From NCBI GenBank assembly GCA_913040915.1, contig CAJWHW010000002.1, positions 1-64,000 on the forward strand: a DNA stretch of 64,000 nucleotides. Direction: 5' to 3'. The notes beneath the pieces were generated by a model. That model saw only the letters and a program-made list of their open reading frames with translations, had not been told where the DNA came from and ran no database searches. Below are positions 1 to 9,927 of the stretch, in pieces (the first letter of the stretch is position 1; each line of letters opens with the position of its first letter). A program made the translations under genes and the position numbers. The stretch comes from an uncultured Fidelibacterota bacterium (GTDB lineage: Bacteria > Fidelibacterota > Marinisomatia > Marinisomatales > UBA1611).

Positions 1-85
1 TCTGCTTCCGCTTTCTCTTTGGCTAATCTTTCTGCTTCCGCTTTCTCTTTGGCTAATCTTTCTGCTTCCGCTTTCTCTTTGGCTA
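1..85. repeat. 30-bp tandem repeat (TCTGCTTCCGCTTTCTCTTTGGCTAATCTT), about 2.8 copies visible
   Basis: Exact copies at 1-30 and 31-60, partial at 61-85; encodes AKEKAEAERL on the minus strand. Confidence 0.95.
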
Positions 86-194
86 TATTATCTACTTTAA
101 CATTTTGGTTTTCAATAGAATCTTTTTTTGTACTTTTGCCAGAACAATTAATAAATAAAATAAGAACTACTGCAAAAAGCCAATGCGTTTTCAT
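1..194 (-). CDS. Lipoprotein with TolA-like Ala/Glu/Lys repeats (runs off window edge)
   Basis: Manual translation from ATG at 194: MKTHWLFAVVLILFINCSGKSTKKDSIENQNVKVDNIAKEKAEAERLAKEKAEAERLAKEKAEA...; signal peptide ending in a lipobox-like Cys. Confidence 0.8.
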   Translation of the reverse strand, partial: MKTHWLFAVVLILFINCSGKSTKKDSIENQNVKVDNIAKEKAEAERLAKEKAEAERLAKEKAEA

Positions 195-317
195 TTATTC
201 CCCCAAGATTAAAAGTATATTAATTAATTAATTAATATATTTTAAAGTTATAAAAAGTAGACAAATTTAAATCAAAATAGAAATATAAAAGATATTTCCA
301 AGGTGAAATTGACAATT

Positions 318-1475
318 TTATATTTTATCAAAAGCCTTATCTAAATCTGCAATTAAATCTACCGCATCCTCAATCCCAATAGACATTCTTATCAATTCAT
401 CTTTAATCCCAGCGGACAAACGATCTTCATTGCTCATACTAGAATGTGATGTTTGGGCAGGGCGAGTAACCAGCGATTCAACACCACCTAAGCTGGCTGT
501 ATTAGTAAATAAATTTAAATTAGCTAAAAAATTATCCGCATCTTGTACACTCCCATCGATTTCAAAGCTCACCATTCCACCATATCCGTCTAAAGTATCT
601 TTTGCTCTGGAATGACTTGGATTTATCTTAAGCCCTGGATGATTAACTTGCTTTACTTTAGGGTGTTGACTCAAGAATGTTGCAACCTGCAATGAATTAT
701 AATTTTGTCTTTCCATTCTCAATCCAAGGGTTTTTATACCACGATGTAATAAGAAACAAGTATTGGGGTCTAATGCTCCTCCAAGGTGATTCAGCTTACC
801 TCTAATTTCTTTAACTAATTTTCTTGAACCGATAACTGCTCCAGCCACAATATCCGTATGCCCATTCAAATATTTTGTGGCACTGTGAAGAGAAAGGTCA
901 AAGCCATTTTCAATAGGTCGGTAATTCACGGAAGAAGCAAATGTATTATCAATTAATGAAACTAGATTATTTGAATTTGCAAAAGATACCACTGCGCTTA
1001 GGTCCAGTACGTCCAGAAGTGGGTTAGTAATAGTTTCAACATAAATAAGCTTTGTTTCCGGTTTAAGCTTATCCAGCCAATCTTTTGGATTTCTACCATC
1101 AATGAAATCATAATTGATACCAAGTGCCGTAAAATCTTTAGTTATAAGATTATAAGTTCCGCCATATAAAGATTTATGTGCCAGGAAATGATCACCAGAT
1201 TTTAAAAATGCCAATAAAGATGCTGAAATAGCCGCCATGCCGCTGGAAGTAACAAGAGCGTCTTCTGCATTTTCCAATGCAGCTAGTTTTTTATGAAGAG
1301 CAATATGATTTGGAGTATTATTGAGCCTGATGTATTTCAAATCATTATAATTAGTTTCACCATCAAATTCAAATGTGGATGATTGAAAAATAGGCATACT
1401 CACAGCACCTCCGTAACGCTCTTCAGGCTCACCGGCGTGGATCAGTTTCGTATTCAAATGATGTTTATTAGACAT
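318..1475 (-). CDS. PLP-dependent trans-sulfuration enzyme (cystathionine/methionine gamma-lyase family)
   Basis: SGMAAI, ETITNP, DNTF and HSATKYLNGH (PLP lysine), SLGGVESL motifs. Confidence 0.9.
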   Translation of the reverse strand: MSNKHHLNTKLIHAGEPEERYGGAVSMPIFQSSTFEFDGETNYNDLKYIRLNNTPNHIALHKKLAALENAEDALVTSSGMAAISASLLAFLKSGDHFLAHKSLYGGTYNLITKDFTALGINYDFIDGRNPKDWLDKLKPETKLIYVETITNPLLDVLDLSAVVSFANSNNLVSLIDNTFASSVNYRPIENGFDLSLHSATKYLNGHTDIVAGAVIGSRKLVKEIRGKLNHLGGALDPNTCFLLHRGIKTLGLRMERQNYNSLQVATFLSQHPKVKQVNHPGLKINPSHSRAKDTLDGYGGMVSFEIDGSVQDADNFLANLNLFTNTASLGGVESLVTRPAQTSHSSMSNEDRLSAGIKDELIRMSIGIEDAVDLIADLDKAFDKI

Positions 1476-1548
1476 AATATTCTCTATACTTTGTTTAAGT
1501 TATTTAAATTTAATTTGGTAATAGATCAACCATATTTCTGGTTTTTGA

Positions 1549-2040
1549 TTATATGATTTGGCAAATCATCAGGGAAACTGTTTTTTTACCATTTTCTGTT
1601 TTTTGGGTTCCTACAGATTTAAAACCATATTTTGCATGAAATATGAGTGAAGCATTATTTTTAGGTTTTATGTTTACTTCACAACTTATTATGTGTGTAA
1701 ATAATAGAGAGAATGCACTTAAATCATTATAGAATTCTTTTCCAAAACCCCTACCACGAAAGGCGGGGTCAATTACAACCCTGTCAATATACATAAAGTG
1801 TTTATAATGTTTTTCAAACCATTTATAATTTGAACTGCCATAATTTTTACCCGGTGTCATTGCGATTAGAAACCCCACTATTTTCTTTTCTTTTATTATT
1901 ATTCGAAAATAATCTGATATTTTTAGAAAATGTGTTAATTCTTCTTCTGTGACACTACTTACTGCAGGGAGAGCACTTTGGTTTAATTCATGGATTCTGG
2001 GTATATGTTTTGATTTCACCTTTATAATATTTTGGCACAT
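1549..2040 (-). CDS. GNAT-family acetyltransferase
   Basis: YIDRVVIDPAFRGRGFG acetyl-CoA motif A; N..S..FH.KYGF motif B. Confidence 0.85.
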   Translation of the reverse strand: MCQNIIKVKSKHIPRIHELNQSALPAVSSVTEEELTHFLKISDYFRIIIKEKKIVGFLIAMTPGKNYGSSNYKWFEKHYKHFMYIDRVVIDPAFRGRGFGKEFYNDLSAFSLLFTHIISCEVNIKPKNNASLIFHAKYGFKSVGTQKTENGKKTVSLMICQII

Positions 2041-2058
2041 AATAATAGCAATCCATTT

Positions 2059-2829
2059 CTATCGAATGATCGGCCTAGTTTTTCTAAAATATGTTAAGAT
2101 ACTTTTCAAATGCCACCAAAAATGTTTAGAAAAAATATTCCAGTTTTTTTGTTGTACCATATGGACTGCTTTGATAGATGGTATAAAAGTCAATGCTGTA
2201 CCACTGGCTTTTGCTCGAGCGCAAATATCAATATCTTCACAATACATAAAGAAATCTTCATCAAATCCATTCAATTTTTGAAAAAGTGATGCCTTAAATC
2301 CCAAAAAAGACGCTGATGCCCAATCAACAGTCATAGGTTTGTGAATGGTTGATTTGTCATAGTTGTAGCCGATATTTAGGAAAAAAGATTTAAAATAAGC
2401 CATTAAACTGGGGAAGTATCTTACACTTGTGTCGAATTTGCTGAAGTCTTTATCCAAAAATAAATTTATAGTAAATAAGGAAGGTTCATGATTCATTGTG
2501 AATTGAACTAAATTTTCAAATTCACTTTCATTCAGAATTACATCTGGATTTATAACAATAAAATAGTCTGTATCCAACATAGACTTATTATTTATACAAT
2601 GCTCAAAAATAGTATTATTATTTTCCCCAAATCCAACACGTGTTTGATTAAATAAATAATCAATCCCATTTTGAATACAATGATCTTTCAACAATGAGCT
2701 TTGGATATTGTCCATTACAATGATAGTAATACCTTCTTTCTTTGCTAAGCTAGAGAATGCTGAATTATTAATAATAAACTCATCATGCCCATGAGACACA
2801 ATTGATAGGTAAAAATGATATGGATTCAT
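2059..2829 (-). CDS. Glycosyltransferase family 2 (WbbL-like rhamnosyltransferase)
   Basis: SIVSH start, GFGENNN, INPD, GFDEDFFMYCEDIDIC motifs. Confidence 0.85.
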   Translation of the reverse strand: MNPYHFYLSIVSHGHDEFIINNSAFSSLAKKEGITIIVMDNIQSSLLKDHCIQNGIDYLFNQTRVGFGENNNTIFEHCINNKSMLDTDYFIVINPDVILNESEFENLVQFTMNHEPSLFTINLFLDKDFSKFDTSVRYFPSLMAYFKSFFLNIGYNYDKSTIHKPMTVDWASASFLGFKASLFQKLNGFDEDFFMYCEDIDICARAKASGTALTFIPSIKAVHMVQQKNWNIFSKHFWWHLKSILTYFRKTRPIIR

Positions 2830-2915
2830 TTTTTATGTATGAATTAAGTAAAAGATTTATGCACCATTTATATCTTATTCAAATATTTGTTCCATTGAAT
2901 AAAGGAAGTTAAAAT

Positions 2916-5900
2916 TTATTTCAGTAAAATTAATTTTTGAATATCCCGTTTTTTCCCAACTACCAATTCTATGAAATAAATACCGCTAGCATAATCCGCA
3001 GCATTCCATTGAATTACATGGCTCCCTGAGTTTATTGCATCATTTACTAACACGTCCACTACACGACCAGTTATGTCATAAATCCGTAGGGAGAGTTTAT
3101 TTTTTATCCCTACAAATGGTGCGTTAAACCGTATTGTGGTGATTGGATTAAATGGATTTGGATAGGGTGGATATAATGCAAAATTATTTGTTATAATTTC
3201 ATCATTTGCAGATAATTGATCTAACCCAAATGTAATATCAAATGTAAAACTATCAATGGGTGTAGCGTAATAATCCAAGGGATCTCGAACTGTAAATGTA
3301 TCCAAAATAACATCCAGTGAAGATTGTGGAATACCATAATAATTAATCTCAATAGCAATATCATGCCCCACATCATTTGAATCTTCAATTGTGTTGTTAT
3401 AAATATTGCTGCGATTTGTAGGTGAAAAAATGATATTGCCCTCACTAAAAATGCCACCGCCTAAATATTCTGCACTATTATTTATAATAGTACATCCCGT
3501 TAAATTTATATTCTGACCTGCAATGCCACCACCCCACATTCTGCTAACATTATTTTGAATAATAACATTGGTCAATTCTACATGGAAGGATGATGTATCA
3601 TACATAGCAGCACTAGTCGCAATCCCAGCACCTATATATGGGTAAGTATTCTCACTAATGACTCCATCAATGAAAGATGCATTAGGTGTACTTTCACAAA
3701 ATATACCACCACCTTTTTGAAAACCTCCAGAACCAGTATTTCCTGAAATAGTAAAATTTGTAAAAGAAGCCGAAGAATGATGCAATGACGCTCCGCCTCC
3801 ATATTCACCCGCAAAATTATCTATAATCTCAATATTGTTTATAATCGGATCAGAATTCACAATGAAAATACCACCACCTTTTCCTTTGTATCTGTGCCCT
3901 ATTCCGTTGTAACGGCTTCCTTTTGCCATATTCCTATGAATCTTTACATCAGTGATAGACATATTTGAATTGGTCTGCAAAGCAATTCCTCCACCGTCTC
4001 CGTAAGCATAATTATCTTTAATGGTACAGTCAATAAGTCTAGGGCTGGCATTGACGCAATAGATTCCAGCACCTGGTTTTTCTATCGTATTATCAAGGTT
4101 ACTCACACCATTTTGAATCGTAAAACCTTGTATTTTTGTAGTAGAATCAATCATATTAGAAGATGTATCTATTATAGTAATAACTCTTTCTGTTGAATCT
4201 CCATCGATGATGCAGGTTTCTTCACCGCTACCAATAAGTTTGATTCCCCCTGTAGCAGGCCATAGAATATTTTCAACATAGATGCCATCATCCACCAAGA
4301 CTGTATCGTTTTCGTTTGCGGATGTCAACCCATATTGTATAGTGGCAAATGGATTTTCTTCAGAACCATTACCTGTTAAATCTGATCCCGTAATTGCTAC
4401 ATGCCACAGAGGGCCGGAATAAGAGCCAATAAAAGGTGACTCAAAAATTCCCATATCAGGTGCATTACCTCCATAATATGCAGGTGATATATTGACAATT
4501 GTATCACCCATCCACATTTCACCGAGCAACATAAGCGTATCTAAATTGGTTACAATGATATTACTGCCTGCATCAATGCATGGAGAACCATTCTGGAGAT
4601 GAAAGTTGGTACTATCTATGAAAAGTGGATCGAGAGAAAAATTGCCTTCTCCACCCATACCACCATCTAAATTAGAATAATGCGGGAATACCTGCCCTTG
4701 AACATCATTGGGTGAATTATTCCAAAAAATAGAATTGGCTATAACTGAATAATGTCCCATCCCAGAATAAATTCCGCCACCGGTTCCATCTGTAGAATTA
4801 TTTGCGATGGTAACATGCTTGAATAATGTGGAGACATTATTATCATATGCTAAATAACCCCCACCATTTCCGGCTGAATAATTTCCGGAAAATACAACAT
4901 GCTCTACCGTGACATGCGCTTCTCCATTCCAAGATCCACCAATACCTTCGATTATCACACCGCCACCCATACTTGATTGATTATTCGTAATTGCAAGATC
5001 CGATAAAATCAGATCACCCGTCATTTTAATTTGTATCCCGCCGCCGCGGCCATTTGTGAATCCATTGGTAATTGTAAAACCACTAATCTCTAACGGTGGG
5101 AAGGCATCATCTCCAACTTTAATGACGCGTCCATCTTGATTACCGTCAATGATTGTTGAATCTGGGCCAGCTCCAATCAATCTTAAATCTCTAGTACTCG
5201 GCCAAACAATGTTTTCCAGATAGGTACCGGGACTGACGTGAATTCTCTTTCCAGCCTCGGCTGAATCCAATGCCTCCTGAATTGTGGAATAATCTTCCGG
5301 CACACTGATCACATCTGGATTTGTATCAATTAATGCCGGTACCCAATTATTAACAGCCCAATAAATTCGATCATATTGCCCAATGGAATATCCCATTTCA
5401 CATTCAGAGCCGTACACATAATTCATTACATTATTTACTGGGTCATTTCCTGGATCGTCCGGACAAGAATCTACAGTGTAATCACAAATATAATTGGCAT
5501 AGGCATGAGTAGGTGTATCATTTACCCAGTCTCCATGCGAATTTAAATCGCAGCCGTTATTAAATGTGTGAAGCAACCCCAATGCATGTCCAACTTCATG
5601 ATCAAATACATGATCCCGACCTTCCTCGGTAGAAAGATCCGTTAAGTAAACCCCCTTCATCGAAACACGATAAAAAATGGAATCCCCATCATCAATAGTC
5701 CAAGGAAAAAGTCCTACACCACCTAAACTCAGATTATAATTGAAGCCAATAATAGAGTAAATATTCAAAACTTCACCTGCGCCATAACCAAGTGTATATA
5801 TTGATTCCCAAGAATTCCACAAATCTCCGCCTATGGCCCAGGAATTATTTTGGGTATAATCAATTGAATCTATTTCAAAATGAAAAGGAGACCCATTTGA

Positions 5901-6521
5901 ATGACGATCATTTAATCGATCCACTGATCTCTGAATTTCATCTTCTGAGACTTTTCCAACAGGAGTTTCTCCATTTCCAGTATCAAAATTGATATAAACG
6001 CTACTATATGATGATTCAGATTGGAATTCTAAAAATTCTTCTTCATTCCATGAAACTAAAACATTGTTTTCTGAATCAGTTATATATCCTGAAACAGAAC
6101 CATTTTCATGAGGAGAATAAATTCTTAAATAGTGTGGCCCAGCTTTATCTGGAAAAGTTAATTCTAGGGTCTGATTTGCTTCTGTAAAGCTAACCCAATC
6201 ATCCATAAGCCAATGTTTCGTAAACATATCATACAATAATATTCCTGCTATTTGAGTTCCATTTTCATAATACTCATTAATGGTCAAATGCAGTGTAATA
6301 TCAGTAAGAGCATATTCCCCATAAATAATATGAAAAGCGAGACCAATATCATACTGCATTTCTCTGTTTCTATCTAAATGTATAAAGCTTTTTGCTTCAT
6401 CAGGTATAAATTGGGAGTTGTTTTCATTGCCGCAGAAAAAAGGAAGCTCTTTTTCGGGGAATTGGGATAGTGCTATTCCTAAAAATAGAGGGATAAAATT
6501 AAGGTGTTTAATATGCTTCAT
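2916..6521 (-). CDS. Secreted M43 (pappalysin/ulilysin-like) zinc metalloprotease with two beta-helix modules and a T9SS-type C-terminal sorting domain
   Basis: Signal peptide; HEVGHALGLLH zinc motif; NVMNY Met-turn; repeated GGGI beta-helix motifs; YPNPFNP...ASGIYF...KLILLK C-terminus. Confidence 0.85.
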   Translation of the reverse strand: MKHIKHLNFIPLFLGIALSQFPEKELPFFCGNENNSQFIPDEAKSFIHLDRNREMQYDIGLAFHIIYGEYALTDITLHLTINEYYENGTQIAGILLYDMFTKHWLMDDWVSFTEANQTLELTFPDKAGPHYLRIYSPHENGSVSGYITDSENNVLVSWNEEEFLEFQSESSYSSVYINFDTGNGETPVGKVSEDEIQRSVDRLNDRHSNGSPFHFEIDSIDYTQNNSWAIGGDLWNSWESIYTLGYGAGEVLNIYSIIGFNYNLSLGGVGLFPWTIDDGDSIFYRVSMKGVYLTDLSTEEGRDHVFDHEVGHALGLLHTFNNGCDLNSHGDWVNDTPTHAYANYICDYTVDSCPDDPGNDPVNNVMNYVYGSECEMGYSIGQYDRIYWAVNNWVPALIDTNPDVISVPEDYSTIQEALDSAEAGKRIHVSPGTYLENIVWPSTRDLRLIGAGPDSTIIDGNQDGRVIKVGDDAFPPLEISGFTITNGFTNGRGGGIQIKMTGDLILSDLAITNNQSSMGGGVIIEGIGGSWNGEAHVTVEHVVFSGNYSAGNGGGYLAYDNNVSTLFKHVTIANNSTDGTGGGIYSGMGHYSVIANSIFWNNSPNDVQGQVFPHYSNLDGGMGGEGNFSLDPLFIDSTNFHLQNGSPCIDAGSNIIVTNLDTLMLLGEMWMGDTIVNISPAYYGGNAPDMGIFESPFIGSYSGPLWHVAITGSDLTGNGSEENPFATIQYGLTSANENDTVLVDDGIYVENILWPATGGIKLIGSGEETCIIDGDSTERVITIIDTSSNMIDSTTKIQGFTIQNGVSNLDNTIEKPGAGIYCVNASPRLIDCTIKDNYAYGDGGGIALQTNSNMSITDVKIHRNMAKGSRYNGIGHRYKGKGGGIFIVNSDPIINNIEIIDNFAGEYGGGASLHHSSASFTNFTISGNTGSGGFQKGGGIFCESTPNASFIDGVISENTYPYIGAGIATSAAMYDTSSFHVELTNVIIQNNVSRMWGGGIAGQNINLTGCTIINNSAEYLGGGIFSEGNIIFSPTNRSNIYNNTIEDSNDVGHDIAIEINYYGIPQSSLDVILDTFTVRDPLDYYATPIDSFTFDITFGLDQLSANDEIITNNFALYPPYPNPFNPITTIRFNAPFVGIKNKLSLRIYDITGRVVDVLVNDAINSGSHVIQWNAADYASGIYFIELVVGKKRDIQKLILLK

Positions 6522-6671
6522 TAATCTGACTTAGTATTTTTCTTTCTCTTCCATGGAAAATTTTACAACCAGCAATAAATTTACGTCAAATAATAAGGAA
6601 TAAAAATGTATGTAGCTGTAAGAAGATTCTTGGTTATGAAGTCAGTCTTGCGGTCATTAATTTTTATATAT

Positions 6672-7076
6672 ATGGAAAGAAAAATCAGAATCATTATGGC
6701 AAAGCCCGGTTTAGATGGCCATGATCGTGGCATTAAAGTATTGGCCGCAGCATACAGAGACGCGGGTATGGAAGTAATTTATCTCGGGTTAAGACAAACT
6801 CCTGAAATGATTGTTTCAGCTGCCTTGCAGGAAGATGCAGATGTTATTGCTCTTTCCAGTTTAAATAATGCTCATAACACTATTTTTCGAAATGTGCTGG
6901 ACTTGATGAAAGTAAAAGGATTAAATGATGTGCTATTAGTTGGTGGTGGCATTATTCCCAAAAATGATGTGCAGGAATTAGAAAATAAAGGTGTTGGGAA
7001 ATTATTTGGCCCTGGCACTCCTGTCAATGATACAATAGATTATATTGCAGATTGGGTTCATTCGAATCGGAGATAA
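6672..7076 (+). CDS. Cobalamin-binding subunit (methylmalonyl-CoA mutase C-terminal domain family)
   Basis: AKPGLDGHDRG (DxHxxG), GGGIIP, FGPGT; start moved to MERKIRI at 6672. Confidence 0.92.
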   Translation: MERKIRIIMAKPGLDGHDRGIKVLAAAYRDAGMEVIYLGLRQTPEMIVSAALQEDADVIALSSLNNAHNTIFRNVLDLMKVKGLNDVLLVGGGIIPKNDVQELENKGVGKLFGPGTPVNDTIDYIADWVHSNRR

Positions 7077-7077
7077 A

Positions 7078-7809
7078 ATGAATCTACAAAACCAGATTGA
7101 ACTAGAACTCTATTTTGCAGATCATTTTGATACAATATTATTTCCTGTTCTGGCAAATATGTATTTAGAGCAGGATGATATAAAACGGGCAAGAAAAGTA
7201 TGTGATATAGGCTTAGGTTATCATGAAAATAATGCATCTGGGTTGTTTATTTTAGCTCAAATTGAAAAAGCAGAAGGAAATTTAAAAGCAGCAGAAAAAG
7301 CCCTTGAGAAAGTTTTGATGTATACTGAAGATCATTTAGCTGCGGCAAAAATGATTTGTGAAATACAAACTGTATTAGGCCGAGCATCCAGTAGATTAGT
7401 TAAATCATGGAAGCATGTTTTAGCACTAGATCCTTCTAATAAGACCGCACAAGATTTCATAAAAAAAGTTGAGGCCGGTATTGATAAAAGACCAACAAAA
7501 CAAATTTTAAAACCCCAAAGGAAATCCTTAGACCAAAAACTACAAGTATCAAAAAAATCAAAACCGAAAAAAAGGCAGCCTGAACCATCTAGGGTTCCTA
7601 GTGTACTAGATATACAGTCCGGTGAACCTTTGAAAGTAAGTTCAAGATTAGCAACTTTTACCTTAGTTGCAGTACTTAAAAATCAGGGTCTATTTGACCA
7701 GGCCTTGGAAGTATTAGATGCTTTAGAAGAAAAAGGGGAAAACCTTGAAGTTATATCCTTAGAAAGGGAAGTCATTCAAACATTAATTTCAAAATCTATA
7801 AAGGATTAA
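7078..7809 (+). CDS. TPR-repeat protein
   Basis: Helical TPR-like repeats, basic linker, C-terminal ATFTL...QG...A motif; start moved to ATG 7078. Confidence 0.7.
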   Translation: MNLQNQIELELYFADHFDTILFPVLANMYLEQDDIKRARKVCDIGLGYHENNASGLFILAQIEKAEGNLKAAEKALEKVLMYTEDHLAAAKMICEIQTVLGRASSRLVKSWKHVLALDPSNKTAQDFIKKVEAGIDKRPTKQILKPQRKSLDQKLQVSKKSKPKKRQPEPSRVPSVLDIQSGEPLKVSSRLATFTLVAVLKNQGLFDQALEVLDALEEKGENLEVISLEREVIQTLISKSIKD

Positions 7810-7818
7810 AGCTGTTTT

Positions 7819-8901
7819 ATGAGTAATACAATCTATACTAAGCGACAAGAAAATCTCCGAATTATCCTTGCTGATAAAAACCTAGATGGCATATTGATTA
7901 CAAACTTGACTAACATCCGCTATATATGTGGTTTCACGGGGTCTGCTGCTACGTGCCTTATAACACCGGAAGGCCAATATTTTATTACCGATGGCCGGTA
8001 TATTGAGCAATCCAAGGAGCAGGTAAAAGGATTTAGACGCTATATTGATATGAGCTCTCATTTTGCACAGATCAAAAACAATAAGTTGAACCCAAACGGG
8101 CTTAAACTGGCTTTCGAAGGAAACCATATGAGTTACAGCTTATATGAAACAATGGTTAATACTTTTCCAAACACAAGTTGGGAAAATACATCCATGATTT
8201 TGGAAGATTTAGCTGCTGTCAAAGATGACCATGAGCTGTCTTGCTTTAGGACTGCGGTGGAAGTTACTGATAAAGTTTACGAGGAAATTTTACCTATGCT
8301 TCGTCCCGGCTATACAGAAAAACAAGTAGCAAATTCACTTGTCTCAAAGTATCGTGAATATGCTGAAGGTGAAGCTTATTCGCCCATTGTCGCTACGGGG
8401 CCCAATGGTGCATTGCCCCATGCCATCCCTACGGATCGGGAATTTGAAAAAGGTGACTTTATTGTAATTGATGCTGCAGCGAAATATGGGGGTTACCATG
8501 CTGATATGACCAGAACTCCTGTTGTCGGTGCAGCCACAGAAAAACATCACGAAATATATAACATCGTAAAAGAAGCTCAACAAAGAGGTTGCGATACTGC
8601 TAAAGCCGGAATACCCTGTAAAGCGGTAGACGCTGCTACAAGAGATTATATCAAAGAAATGGGCTATGGTGATTATTACACTCATGGAACCGGTCATGGA
8701 TTAGGGTTGGAAATTCATACTTCACCCCGATTCAGTCCACAAAGTGAAGACGTTTTAAAATCCAATAATGTTATGACGATTGAGCCCGGAATATATTTAG
8801 CTGGTTGGGGAGGCGTTCGGATTGAAGATGATGTAATTATCCATGAAAAAGGTTGTGAGATATTGAATAAAACTACCAAAGAATTAGTCATTCTGAATTA
8901 A
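7819..8901 (+). CDS. Xaa-Pro aminopeptidase (M24B)
   Basis: Creatinase-like N domain; DMTRT, HGTGHGLGLEIH, TIEPGIY, GVRIEDD motifs. Confidence 0.93.
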   Translation: MSNTIYTKRQENLRIILADKNLDGILITNLTNIRYICGFTGSAATCLITPEGQYFITDGRYIEQSKEQVKGFRRYIDMSSHFAQIKNNKLNPNGLKLAFEGNHMSYSLYETMVNTFPNTSWENTSMILEDLAAVKDDHELSCFRTAVEVTDKVYEEILPMLRPGYTEKQVANSLVSKYREYAEGEAYSPIVATGPNGALPHAIPTDREFEKGDFIVIDAAAKYGGYHADMTRTPVVGAATEKHHEIYNIVKEAQQRGCDTAKAGIPCKAVDAATRDYIKEMGYGDYYTHGTGHGLGLEIHTSPRFSPQSEDVLKSNNVMTIEPGIYLAGWGGVRIEDDVIIHEKGCEILNKTTKELVILN

Positions 8902-9144
8902 TATAATTTATTTATATGAAGGTCACTAAGTTTTTTGGAATATTCAACCTTTCTTTGTTCCCAATATTTAGTAATTCTTGGGGATGTATGCGGGGGCTGT
9001 GTTCAATAAATAATCTATATATATGTGGGGTTTTTTGTTTGTGGGGTAAATAGACACCTATTCGTCCTACATCTAATCTAAAATAGAAGAAGCTACATGA
9101 GTCCTATAACCGGATGGGTAATATATTACTTTGATTTAAAATAT

Positions 9145-9180
9145 TATATATGTACCATTTGTGCTAATGGTACATATATA
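9145..9180. repeat. Perfect 15-bp inverted repeat with 6-nt loop
   Basis: TATATATGTACCATT-tgtgct-AATGGTACATATATA, ending 12 nt upstream of the 9193 start codon. Confidence 0.85.
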
Positions 9181-9192
9181 AATCATAAATAA

Positions 9193-9927
9193 ATGGCTGA
9201 TATTTATACAAATCCAGAACTATATGATGCTATCCACAAAAATTATAATTGGGACCATAGTTTAATTTCGTCTATAGCCAAAATTACAGGGGGTCCTGTG
9301 CTAGAGTTAGCAGCAGGAACAGGACGATTAGCAAAACTAATTTTAGATCATGGTTTTGATTATACAGGGATTGATACAAGTGTAGAGTTTCTTGATGTTG
9401 CCATTAAAAAATATGGACAGAAGGCCACATTCTTGCAACAGGACATGTGCCAGTTTGATCTTGGGAAACAGTTTAAATTTATTTTCATTGGGTTTAATTC
9501 TTTTCTCCATAATCTTACAGATAAGGATGCATTAAATTGTCTTAGGTCTGTCTGTCATCATTTATCTGATGATGGTGTTTTCTTGGTGTCTATTTTTAAA
9601 CCAGATCCATCATTTCTTTACAGAAAAAAAGGGGAATTATATCCGGCTACATCCACTTTTGAATATAGAGGTTCTCGTTGTCGGATCATGGAATCAAACA
9701 TCTTTGATGAAAAAAATCAGATCAACCATTTATTCTGGCAATTGGAAAGTGACGGCATACTTGATGAAGAAAAATATGAATATAAAATGCGCATGTTTTA
9801 TCCTCATAAAATGGATATCCTTCTGTACGAATCAGGGCTAAAGATTACAAAAAAAATGGGTGATTATGATGAAACAACCATGAACGAAGAAAGTGGAATG
9901 CAAATCTATGTCTGTGCAAAATCTTAA
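9193..9927 (+). CDS. Class I SAM-dependent methyltransferase
   Basis: VLELAAGTGR motif I, GIDTS, QDM motifs. Confidence 0.9.
   Translation: MADIYTNPELYDAIHKNYNWDHSLISSIAKITGGPVLELAAGTGRLAKLILDHGFDYTGIDTSVEFLDVAIKKYGQKATFLQQDMCQFDLGKQFKFIFIGFNSFLHNLTDKDALNCLRSVCHHLSDDGVFLVSIFKPDPSFLYRKKGELYPATSTFEYRGSRCRIMESNIFDEKNQINHLFWQLESDGILDEEKYEYKMRMFYPHKMDILLYESGLKITKKMGDYDETTMNEESGMQIYVCAKS

Noticed and set aside
1..85. 30-bp repeats as a CRISPR array
   Set aside because: Repeats are directly adjacent with no spacers and are in-frame coding.
19..231. Plus-strand 70-aa ORF with ANLSASAFSL repeats
   Set aside because: Antisense shadow of the minus-strand lipoprotein repeat, which has a signal peptide and a plausible protein sequence.
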